Source: Lama glama
Lineage: Eukaryota
Direction: 5' to 3'
Length of the DNA: 64,000 bases
Assembly (NCBI GenBank): GCA_028534125.1
Contig: CM052817.1
Coordinates: 22,880,001 to 22,944,000, forward strand
Shown here piece by piece: positions 53,345 to 64,000 of this stretch. A program made the position numbers and the translations under genes. Numbering within the stretch: position 1 is the stretch's first letter; the number at the start of each line of letters is the position of its first letter. The notes beneath the pieces are model-generated. The model ran no database searches. It was not told where the DNA came from and worked only from the letters and a program-made list of their open reading frames with translations.

Positions 53345-54845
53345 TGTCAGTTCTTCCCAACTTTTTCTATAGATTCAGTACAATCCCAGTCAAACCCACA
53401 GCAAGTTATTTTATGAACATTGACAAACTGATTATAATATTTATATAGAGAGGCAAAAGACCCACAATAGTCAAAAACATTGAAAAAAGAAAAAAAAAAC
53501 AAAGTTGGAGGACTGATGTTACCCAATATCAAGACTTAACCGTAAAGCTACAATAATCAAGACCATGTGGTATTGAAGATATAGACAAATAGATCAATCA
53601 ATAAAACAGAGAGTCCAGAAACAGACCCTCATAAATATAGTCAACTGATCTTTGATAAAGAAGCAAATGCAATACAATAGAACAAAGACAGCCTCTTCAA
53701 CAAATGATGCTGGAACCACTAGAAATCCACGTGCTAAAACTAAACAAAACAAAAAGTGAATATAGATGCAGACCTTACCTCCTTCACAAGAATTAATTTA
53801 CACTATATCAGACACCTAAATGTCAAAACGCAAAACTGAAACTCCTAGAAGATAAAATAGAAGAAAACCTAGATGACCTAGGCAATGGTGATGCCTTTTT
53901 AGATACAACACCAGAGACACAGTTTGTTAAATAAATAATTGATAAACTGGGCTTCTTTAAAGTTAAAAAAAATTTTCTGCTTTGCAAAGGCAATACAAGA
54001 GAATTAGAAGACAAAGCATAGTTTAGGAGAAAATATTTGCAAAGACACATTTGATAAAGGTCCGTTATTCACAATATACAAAGAACTCTTAAAACTAAAC
54101 AATATGAAAACAAGCAACCTGATTAGGAAATGGGCCAAAGACCTTAACAAAGAAGATGTACAGATGGCAAATAAGTATATGAAAAGATGGTCTATATCAT
54201 ATATCATCAGGGAAATGCAAATTAATGAACAATGAGATACCAATATAAACTTATAAGAAAGGACAGTATCTAGAACACCAATACCACCAAATGGTGGCAA
54301 CGATCTGAAGCAACTGGAATTCTAATTCATTGTAAACTCTGGCACATCCAGACAATGGGATACTATTCAGTGATAAAAAAATCAGCTATCAAAGTAATGA
54401 AAAGTTATGATGAATCAAATGCATATTACTAAATGAAAGCAGCTCATCTGAAAAGGCTACATACTGTACAATTCCAGCTATGTTCTAGAAAAGACAAAAC
54501 TATAGAGACAAAATATCAGTGGTTACCAGGGGTTGGGGATTGGGGAGAAATGAACAGGCAGAGCAGAGAGAATTTTTAGGGCTGTGAAATTACTGTGTAT
54601 GACATAATGATGGATATATGTCTCTATACTACATTTGTCCAAACCCAAAGAATGGACAAGAGTAAATTCTAAGGTGAACTATGGACTTCAAGTGATTATA
54701 TTTTAATGCAGGTTTATCCTTGGTAAAAACTGTACCATTTCAGTGAGTGATGTTGATATAATAAAGAAGGCTATTTAAGGGATACATGAGAAATCGCTAA
54801 CTTCCCTTTCAGTTTTGTTGTAAACCTAAAAAAGCTCAAAAAATA
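53345..54845 (+). mobile_element. L1MC-like ORF2 end and 3' UTR
   Basis: cagttcttcccaact...gacaaactgatt...aaagttggaggactga...gaaaaggctacatactgta...atttgtccaaaccc...ttttgttgtaaacctaaaa. Confidence 0.85.
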
Positions 54846-55125
54846 CATTCAAAGGTGTTACATAACATAATAAATTATTGTTTCTAAGGAGTACAACTAA
54901 GGGCAATTTTAGAAAGCTTGGAATTTATTTATTCTCTCATTAACTGTGGAACCTTAAAAAATTATAGAAGCCTAAGGATTCATGTTTTTCACACCAAAGA
55001 GAAAATGAATTCAATTATCTAAAAGGTATATCCAGACGAAATAGTCTCTTTGTTCCATGTCTTTCTTTAGAACAAGTCTCTTTTTTCCTTTTGTTTCTTT
55101 CCTTTCTTTTCTTGTTTTTTTTTTC

Positions 55126-55455
55126 AAGAAAGGCAGATTGCCACAGGTGGCACCTCAGTTGGGTGTATCTGGAGTTTGGAAGCTTGACTACCCAACATTC
55201 TCCTACAAATGGACCTTACAGAGCTTGCTTGGGGTTCTAGTAGGGGAGCATAGCTACTCATATACCCTAGACCAAAGAGTGATCCTCCTCCATCAGGGAA
55301 CACTGTCCCCTTTGACAGAGTACGCTGCAGCTATGGGAGGAACACACATGTAGTGATGAGGCTGGAGGGACAGCTGCCTAGCCAGCCAGATCAGCCGAAT
55401 CAATCCTGAAGATAAATGGAGTGATGGATGTCACAGTCAGATCATCCTCGTATTT
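55126..55455 (-). pseudogene. Full-length 7SK snRNA retropseudogene (RN7SK-derived)
   Basis: The reverse complement is collinear with 7SK over about 330 nt, with exact blocks TTGATTCGGCTGATCTGGCTGGCTAGGC, AAGGTCCATTTGTAGGAGAA, GGGTAGTCAAGCTTCCAA and 3' TCTGCCTTTCTT. Decayed poly(A) tail is the T-rich 55081-55125. Many CpG-type substitutions. Confidence 0.95.
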
Positions 55456-56060
55456 AAATTTTGTTTTAAAATAAGTCTCAGAATTCTAAATCCATCAATG
55501 TAAGTAAGAGAAAGGTAATCTTCATTCCTCTTTTTTCCATTTATTTTTTTTCTATTTTATTAGACAACCTTACCTCTTACATGAATAAATCCTCACATAG
55601 TTTGCCTGTGCTAATGAGTGTTCTATACTCTGGACCTATTTTTTTTTATCATGTTTTTTCTCATTAAAATCATAGTACTTTACCTCCAATTCCCTACAGT
55701 CAATTGAAACTTTAATTATATGATTTCCATCTTAATGCCTAGCGTAACATATATGAACTCTCATGAACTTTTCTCTACATATATCTCTATTTTCATTCTT
55801 CTCATGTTCTGTGGTACAGGAATAGAACTCTTGAAAGTCAGATTTCCTCAAAATTTCCATTAAATATTTGCATTTCCTCTCACATTTCTCCATCTGCCTG
55901 TCATGTGTTCCAATATGTCAGAGTTTCCCACTTTCAAGACTCAGCTGTAAAAAGTTTTCTCTATGACCTAAGCCCTGTTGGGATAGAGATTTTTTTCTAA
56001 AAATCTTTGACATTCACAGATAGAAATAAATGATTTCTTATTCTTTAAATTCAACATTAT

Positions 56061-56560
56061 NNNNNNNNNNNNNNNNNNNNNNNNNNNNNNNNNNNNNNNN
56101 NNNNNNNNNNNNNNNNNNNNNNNNNNNNNNNNNNNNNNNNNNNNNNNNNNNNNNNNNNNNNNNNNNNNNNNNNNNNNNNNNNNNNNNNNNNNNNNNNNNN
56201 NNNNNNNNNNNNNNNNNNNNNNNNNNNNNNNNNNNNNNNNNNNNNNNNNNNNNNNNNNNNNNNNNNNNNNNNNNNNNNNNNNNNNNNNNNNNNNNNNNNN
56301 NNNNNNNNNNNNNNNNNNNNNNNNNNNNNNNNNNNNNNNNNNNNNNNNNNNNNNNNNNNNNNNNNNNNNNNNNNNNNNNNNNNNNNNNNNNNNNNNNNNN
56401 NNNNNNNNNNNNNNNNNNNNNNNNNNNNNNNNNNNNNNNNNNNNNNNNNNNNNNNNNNNNNNNNNNNNNNNNNNNNNNNNNNNNNNNNNNNNNNNNNNNN
56501 NNNNNNNNNNNNNNNNNNNNNNNNNNNNNNNNNNNNNNNNNNNNNNNNNNNNNNNNNNNN
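56061..56560. other. Assembly gap (exactly 500 N)
   Basis: Run of N seen directly; the round length suggests a placeholder. Confidence 0.99.
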
Positions 56561-59016
56561 ATATGTTTTAGCTATTTAGTCACCTGTGACGCTGTTGTCT
56601 ACAGAGGTCCCCAGGCTATTCCTCACTTGAAAATATCCTTCACAGGTGCCATTTGTTCACGTACGTGTAGGGATACCCGGGGCACAGTTTCAGATCATAT
56701 TCCCTTGTACCTCGGCTTCAGAGGCATAGGATTCAGTATTAGGAAATACAGCTACATATAATACTATCCAAGTCAACTGAGCCAGAACCACAAGACATAC
56801 TTTTATTTTTTCACCAATATAATGTAAGATTTATGATGATAGACTTTTTTGTTAATTGCCAGATTGCCTGCAGATTGTTTAAAAAAAAAACAACAGTGCC
56901 TGCCATATAGTAAATGCTTAATAAATATGTCTAACAAATATATTTCTAAACTTCTAAACCAAAATATTTTTTATTGGCCACTTATCCAATTTGTGGATCT
57001 TATATTAATACGCAGAAATCACATTTTGTTTATAACTGGTACTAACACTGAAATGATCAAATGTACTAAACTGCTATATACATTCCTTTTGAAGTTCTGA
57101 TTTGTAACCGTATTCAAAGGCATTTTACAGCAGCTAGCTAAATAATTCAAGTAGGGAAAGAGTCATCTAAATATCTTATTTACTGAGTTAGCTTAATAAA
57201 TAATCATGAGATATTAGTAGTTTTTTTAAAATTCTCTAAACACTATGTTTTGGCATGGTTTATTGCTGGGCTATCTACATATGTTATACAGCACTTCTTG
57301 GTATAATAACTTTCATATCACATAAATAATACCATTTATCAGGTCAACCTTTTCAATGACAAGTATCTACCACAGAAATTACTTTAAAAGAGCTAAGAGA
57401 AAAAATTAATCTAACAACAAAATATGCTGCAAAATTTGATGGGACAAATACGTCATAAGAAAAATGTAAATATGTTCCTTATTTTTCTTTCAGTTTACAT
57501 AGTGTGAAATGCACAGACCTGACATGTGTAGTTTGACTGTTCTCGTGAATGAAAACACCTGTGTCACTGCCACTGTTTACCACTATATTTTTGCATGTTT
57601 ATCATTACCTGGAATTTTTAATAGTTTTTTTTGAAGGCAGAGTTTATCTTTCTTTAAAATTGGTACTGCTCAAGAATCTTTAAAATGTCCAGAGCCCCCA
57701 GGATATCGAAATTTAAGATGATACTATAGTCAGGTGGTGACAGATGGTTCCTCTATTGCTAAAGACTTAGAAGGATTCTGGGCAATCAAAATTTTGGCCT
57801 CGAACATTTTTCTTATATGAAAGTTGATACCTGATATCTGATGTCTGTCTTGCAAGAAAGAAAGGTGTGTGATCAGAGAGCAAAGCCATCAAAGCATTGC
57901 TGAGTCACAGTGTAGTTTCTGCAGTGTAGAACAAATAGAAGCATTTGCAGAATCTATGTGAAAATCTGCCTTGCATTATTCTTTGAAGCCAGGCCCTCAG
58001 TTTGAAAAGCTGGGATCATAATGAATCTTAGCTGGTATTTAATGCAACTCTTTCACAACTGAAACAAGCAAAAACATCCTCAAGATGAAAATCATTACCT
58101 GGGAATTTTTTTTAACCAAAATCAGATCATTGCTATTTTATGGAGAAATCCTCAATAAAATGTTTTGGCTATCAGTTTGTCTTGATTTGTGGTAGGTTCG
58201 TGGTATATACTGTTTAACACCTAGTGGTTTTTCATGTGAAAGACTGTGGATATTAAAAAATAATAGCTCTTGGTACAAATAACCTATCTGAATGATATAT
58301 AATACTAGAAAAGTAGTTTTGCTGAATCTAAGATTTCATTTTTGAATAGGAAATTATAGTGGATGATTTAACTTGGAAAAAATAGGTTATTTAGAAGGAA
58401 AAGATTTGTATATCCATTTAAGTAACTTGCAGAAAAAAAGGCCAATTAGCAAATCAAAGCCCTAGAAAATGATACATCCAGTTAATCTCTTCCTCTTTGA
58501 TAAAAACAGATGAACAGAGAGGATTTTCCTGCCCTGAAAAGTTTGCTAATGCTTATGAATAATGCCACACTGGGAATTATTAAAATTTACCTTTAATGCA
58601 ACCAAATTTCTCAATATTTAATTTTTATTTTGGCATATCCCCCACTCCCATGTTCAGGGTCCCCATGTTTCTATTCTATTCTCACAAAACAAATTTTTGG
58701 GGTTCTTTATCCACAGTTTCGTGTAGAGATGAGGTTAGACTACTTTGAACTATGGAAGTGTTGGAACTGTAAGAGAACTATGGACTTGATTTAAATTGAT
58801 GAAGTTCTAGAAGCATGTTAGTCATCATCCTGTACTTGACAAGGGCCTCTTGAACCTCCCAGGGCCTTCAAAGCACCTTGGAAATAATATCATATAGTCA
58901 AATATTCACATAAATCAACCTGGCCAAAAGAAACTATGTCAAAAACACAAGGGGAGATACGGGAAAGCTCTCTACAAATAATTGAAAACTCAGAAACTCT
59001 CCTGAACTAGTAGATT

Positions 59017-59042
59017 TGTGTGTGTGTGTGTGTGTGTGTGTG
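59017..59042. repeat. (TG)13 microsatellite
   Basis: Perfect dinucleotide run seen directly. Confidence 0.95.
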
Positions 59043-59329
59043 ACTGTAGACCTAACACGTTTTGCTAAATATTAGCAGTATCATAGTAACTGTTTCAAAA
59101 TAAATGAAAGAGGAAAATGAATAAAACAACCTATTTTTTCCAAAGTATGAGAAAATAATGGAATTTTACTGAATAAAAGGCAAATTAAAATGTATCCAGA
59201 TACTTATAATATGAAGTAACAAAAAGTAAGACGGGACTCTAGGAATCACATGGCCAAATCATCAAGGAAATAAAATTTTAAAAGATTAAAGTAACACATA
59301 CAAAGCTGCAAAAGGGAATTTAATCCCCA

Positions 59330-59900
59330 CATGCTCTCCAAACCCTCATTTTTGGCTGTCTGCAAGATATCTCTACTCAAATATCCTGCTGACACTTAAA
59401 ACATAACGTGTCTATAGCCAAGCTCATTATTTTCTCAGTCTTCTCTGTGTTCCCATCACTGTCAATATCATTATACTCCTGGCTCACCAGGCTATTAAAT
59501 GTATAGTCATTTTTGATTTCTTCTTGTCCTTAGTCAACCATATGCCCTCTATCAAAGATCTTCTTCCAAAGCATTTTTCAAATTTGGTACCTACTTTAAG
59601 TTATTACAGTCAGAACCCTTTCCCATGTCACAGCCACTCTTCTGGAATAACTACTATAAAAATGTGTCTACTGTCAAATTATATCTTCTTTTATTTGTCC
59701 AAATAATAAAGCAAAAATCATCATCATGATTTCATGACTTCTGAAGTCCAAATGTGGTCCCAATTTATATCTTAATTAAATCAAAGCCATAATTTAATCA
59801 CGTTAAAAACATAATGAATTTCCCCAGGTTTCACTTTTATTCCCATCCTACATTTCCTTCCTGCATAATTCTGTGTACTTCCAAATGCTCAACTGACTAA
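59330..59900 (+). mobile_element. L2 fragment
   Basis: gatatctctactcaaatatcctgctgacacttaaaacataacgtgtctatagccaagctcatt...tcaccaggct...gtcatttttgatttcttc. Confidence 0.6.
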
Positions 59901-60369
59901 CTGAATGGTGATGACAACAAAACACATTTCTCTCTCCTAAATTCTAGCCTCACAAACAAAAGCTAATAGTTGATCTTAGTTTGCAACCACAGTTTTTTTT
60001 TTTTTGATGGTTGCTACTAGATTTACTGTGGTGATCATTTCACAATATATACATAGATTGAATCATTGTTGTAACATGAAACTAATGTCATATATATCTC
60101 AATTTAAAAAGCCCCCGGAAACAAGAAAAAAAGAGATCAATTTTGACTTACAACCTACACAATCAGAATTAACTGCATAGTGATTTTGTAAATGGAATCA
60201 GGTAACAACTTTTCTGCCTGTTACCTTTTATGTGTGTTATCTTAAAACTAAGGAAGCCAAAATGTCCATGAGTGGTGATGTAGGGCTGCCTAGTTCCCCA
60301 AAAAGCTGTGAGCTGTCAGATCCACCTATCCTGCCCCCAAAGGCAGCTGACTACAGAACCACTACAACT

Positions 60370-60540
60370 ACACTCATTAAACACTTTATATATAACATTC
60401 AACCTTATAAGGTAGATATTATTATCTCTAGTAAAGAAAAGAGAATATTAAGACCCAGTTTGATTAAACTAATACATGATGGAGCCTGGCTATAGATTCA
60501 GACATGATGATTCAAGAGCCCACATGCTTTTAACATCCAT
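60370..60540 (-). mobile_element. MIR SINE fragment
   Basis: caaccttataaggtagatattattatctc...ggagcctggctatagattcagacatgatgattcaagagcccacatgcttttaac. Confidence 0.6.
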
Positions 60541-60689
60541 GCTTTTCTTCCTCTCCTTTATTCACATCAACCTACAGCTAGTTTCCTACGGATCATCTCC
60601 ATTTGACTGTCCATGCTATCTTCTAACCTGTTTTATCCAGATAAAATCTATTATTATCACAGACATCCTACATCAAATTCTCTCTCCCG

Positions 60690-60880
60690 CTAAGAACATG
60701 GACACAAGTCAAGATTCCCTTGATTCATTTTACAGCTCTGACACTCAATTTTGGCTCTGTGATTGCAGACAAGTGACTAATATTTCAAAGCCTCGAATTC
60801 TTAACATCATTATGAAAGTCACTAGAATGAATGTTTTCCAACAGATAAAATAGTATATTTAAACAAATGAGTGAACAGTT
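60690..60880 (+). mobile_element. MIR SINE fragment
   Basis: taagaacatggac...cagctctgacactc...gctctgtgattgcagacaagtgactaatatttcaaagcctc. Confidence 0.55.
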
Positions 60881-61104
60881 ATTCTTAGTATTATTGTTCT
60901 CAATGTCATTTCTTTTCCTCTTCTTTCCTTCCTTCCTCTCTCCCTCCCTCCCTTCTATCTTTACTTTTTTTTTTATTTGTAAATAGATAGGCCTATAACT
61001 AGGTTTATAGTGATAAGTCTCATTCAAAAATGTCACTTCTGCAACAAAAGACTTCTCAGCCTCCTAGTTTATATTAAGGAATGGATTCTCAAACTTGGCA
61101 CTAA

Positions 61105-63500
61105 TGATTTTTTTATTTTGAGAATACCATTACTGATATATAAATAACATAAAATTTCCCACTTTGAAATGTACAATTTAGAGTTTTTTAGTGTATTTGC
61201 AAAGCTGTATAATAATCACTCCTTTCTAACTTGAGAATATACACATCACCAGAGAAAGAAATTTCAACACATTAGCAGTTTCTTCCCATCTCCTAATCAC
61301 CACTGCCTCTAGTAAAAGCTAACATACTTTCTGTTGCTATGGATTTTGCCACTCTGGGTAATTCATATCAATGGAATTATACAATACGTGACCTTTGAAT
61401 CTGGCTTTTTCACTTTGCACATTGCTTTCAAGGTTCACTCATGTGGTAAGATAAAGCAGTATTTAAATCTCCTTCAGGTAGGATATTATTCCATGTATGG
61501 ATACACCACCATTTATTTATCTACTGAGAAACATCTGGGTTGTTTCCAGTTCTTAGCTATTAAGAACAATGCTGCTATGAATATTCATGTGTAACTTTTT
61601 AATGTGAACCTATGTTTTTTATTTATCTTGAACATATACCTAGGAGTGGAACTGCTGCCTCATATGATAATGCTACTTATAACATTTTGCACTGTTTAAC
61701 ATCTTGCCGAACAGTTTTGTAAAGTGGATACACAATTTTACACTCCCATAAGCAACGTACAAGAGTTCTAATTTATCTACATATTTTTAAATATTGATTA
61801 CTGTTAGTCTTTATATTTTTGCCTTAATGTGAAATGATATGTCACTGTGGTTTTGATCTGCATTTTCTTAATGATAATGATGTTGAACATCTCTTCAAAT
61901 GCTTATTTGCAACGTTGTATATCTTATTTTGGAGAAAAATCTATTCTACTGATTTTTAATACAGGACTTTAACATTTTGTTTTTAAACATATGATTCACT
62001 TAGGGTTAATTTTTGTATATGGTGTGAAGCATGAGTTCGACTTCATTCTCTTGCATGTGGATATTCAGTTCTCCAAGAACCATTTGTTGAAAATACTATT
62101 CTCAATCACCAAACTGTCTTGGCACATTCATAGACAATCATTTGTATGTAAATACAAGGGCTTTTATTCCATCAATTTTATTCCACTACTGTATTATGTC
62201 TATTTAATGAAATTTTCCAATCCATGAACATGGTACCTCTTTCCATTTATATATTTATGTATTTATATATATTATATATATATATAAAGTCTTTAATTTC
62301 TTTCAACGATGTGTTAGTTTTCAGTATAAAAGTCTTGTGCTTCTTTCGTTACATTTATTCCTAAGAAGTTCATCCTTTGCTATATAAATATAATTATTTA
62401 ATTTCAATTTTGATCACTCATTGCTAGTGTAAAAAAGGGCAAATGAATTTTGTATACTGATATTTTATCCCACAATCATATTGAGCTTGTTTATTAGCTC
62501 TAATAGCCTTTTGTGGATTCCTAAACATTTGTTACAACAAAGGCCATGTTATCTGAAAGTATAGCTTTATTTCTTCCTTGGAAATCTGAATATCTTTCAT
62601 TTATTTTTCTTGCTTTATTTCCTTACCTAGAACTTTCAATACAATGTTGAATACAAGTGGTGAAAACAGACATTCTTGTCTTGTTCCTGATCTTTCAGAG
62701 AAAAATCTGTCTTTCACCATTGAATATGTTAGTTGAGGGTTTTTCATGGATGATGTCTATTAGATTGAGAAAGTTCCCTTATATTTTCAGTTTGTTGACT
62801 GTTTTACCATGTAAGGTGTTGAATTTTGTCAAATCCTTTTTCTGTATTAAATGATCACATGTTTTATTATTTATTTTATTAATATGGTATACTCGATAAA
62901 TTTACTTTGTGACAAATTTACCTTGTGTTGTTGGCAAAAATCCTACTGGTTATGATGCATAATCCTTTTTATATGTTACTAGTTTGCCAAAATTTGGCTG
63001 ACAATTTTGAACCTGTGTCATAAGGGATATCTGACTGAAGCTGTCTTATCCTGTGATGTCTTTGTTTAATTTTCTTAGTAATATTGGTCTCATAGAATGA
63101 GTTAGGAAGTGTTCATGCTGGATTGGTGATATTATTATAAAATTTCTTTGTCCTAGTAATAATTTTGTCTTATTGCTTACTTTTCTGATATTAGTCTAGA
63201 CACTCCAGCTGTTTTTACTTTTTATTTACTTGGTATATCTTTTCCCATTCTTTTACTTTCAACCTATTTGTGATTAACAATCTAAAGCCTATCTCTTTTA
63301 GGTAACATAGAGTTGGATAATAATTTTTATCCACTCTACCAATTTCTTCCATTTGATTGGAATGCATAATATATTCTTATTTCATGTAATTACTATTAAG
63401 TTATGATTCATATCTGACATTGTGTTTTTTTTTAATATGTCATTTTTTTGTTCTCCTCTCTTCCTGCATCACTGCATCATATTTTATCAAATAAATATAT
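61105..63500 (-). mobile_element. L1MB-like 3' UTR and fragmented ORF2
   Basis: cataaaatttcccactttgaaatgtacaatt...tatacctaggagtggaactgctg...cttcattctcttgcatgtggatattcagtt...agaactttcaatacaatgttgaatacaagtggtga...ctcatagaatgagttaggaagtgtt. Confidence 0.85.
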
Positions 63501-64000
63501 CCTATTATACTATGAAGAAGGCTCTGAAGCAAAAATCAAACTCTAATTTTAATTTCAGGGCCCAGTCCCCTTTAAGTCTCATCACAACACTCATACATGA
63601 CTCACTGGAATTCTGCAAATACATACAACTTGTACTATTTTTCTAGGTTTTTTTTGTATTGTTTTAATAGTAACAAAGGATCTTCTCTTGCTAACTGTAT
63701 TCTGGAGATTTTTATTTTCACCCAGCTTTATTAAGTTTCAGTAAGCATATTTTCCCCTCAAGTTTGGGAAATACATTTGGTAAAATGTTTGCTTAAGTAC
63801 TATTAGTTATAATTTTATGATGAAATTATACATATAATACAAGACTCTGGACTTTATACTGAAATAGTTATCACCTCACCCTTCTTCTGACTCTCCAAAC
63901 CTGCTTAGATTTTAAGAGCTAGTAATCTATTTTTGATACTTTGTTTTATAGTATAGACTATTCTATCAAACAAATAAATTATTAATTTATTTATGATAAA

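Noticed and set aside
55057..55353. 98-aa + strand ORF
   Set aside because: Antisense reading of the 7SK pseudogene and its tail.
56030..56761. 243-aa ORF, the longest in the track
   Set aside because: Artefact of translating through the 500-N gap.
60476..60853. 125-aa ORF
   Set aside because: Begins and ends within MIR fragments, with no recognisable domain or splice structure.
1..64000. CRISPR array, operon, CpG island or intact autonomous transposon
   Set aside because: None seen: the sequence is CpG-depleted mammalian DNA with no regularly spaced repeat-spacer structure and no long ORF.

Overview
AT-rich, CpG-depleted mammalian genomic DNA, most likely camelid: a tRNA-derived SINE at 41698 resembles camelid Vic-1, and the younger L1 3' ends are artiodactyl-type. 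The window is dominated by decayed interspersed repeats (L1, L2, MIR, MaLR/ERVL LTRs, an ERVL integrase-dUTPase remnant, MER2B, MER5) and microsatellites, with a 500-N assembly gap at 56061-56560. I recognise no protein-coding gene and no CpG island; the supplied ORFs are mostly chance frames or repeat remnants. The clearest non-transposon feature is a full-length 7SK retropseudogene on the minus strand (55126-55455). I found no convincing novel biological system. The best leads are a 75-codon ORF with a Ty3/Gypsy RNase H-like motif, several exon-like cassettes in unique sequence, and an orphan poly(A) insertion flanked by a duplication. Repeat family names come from my recollection of consensus sequences, not from a search, and boundaries of old repeats are approximate.
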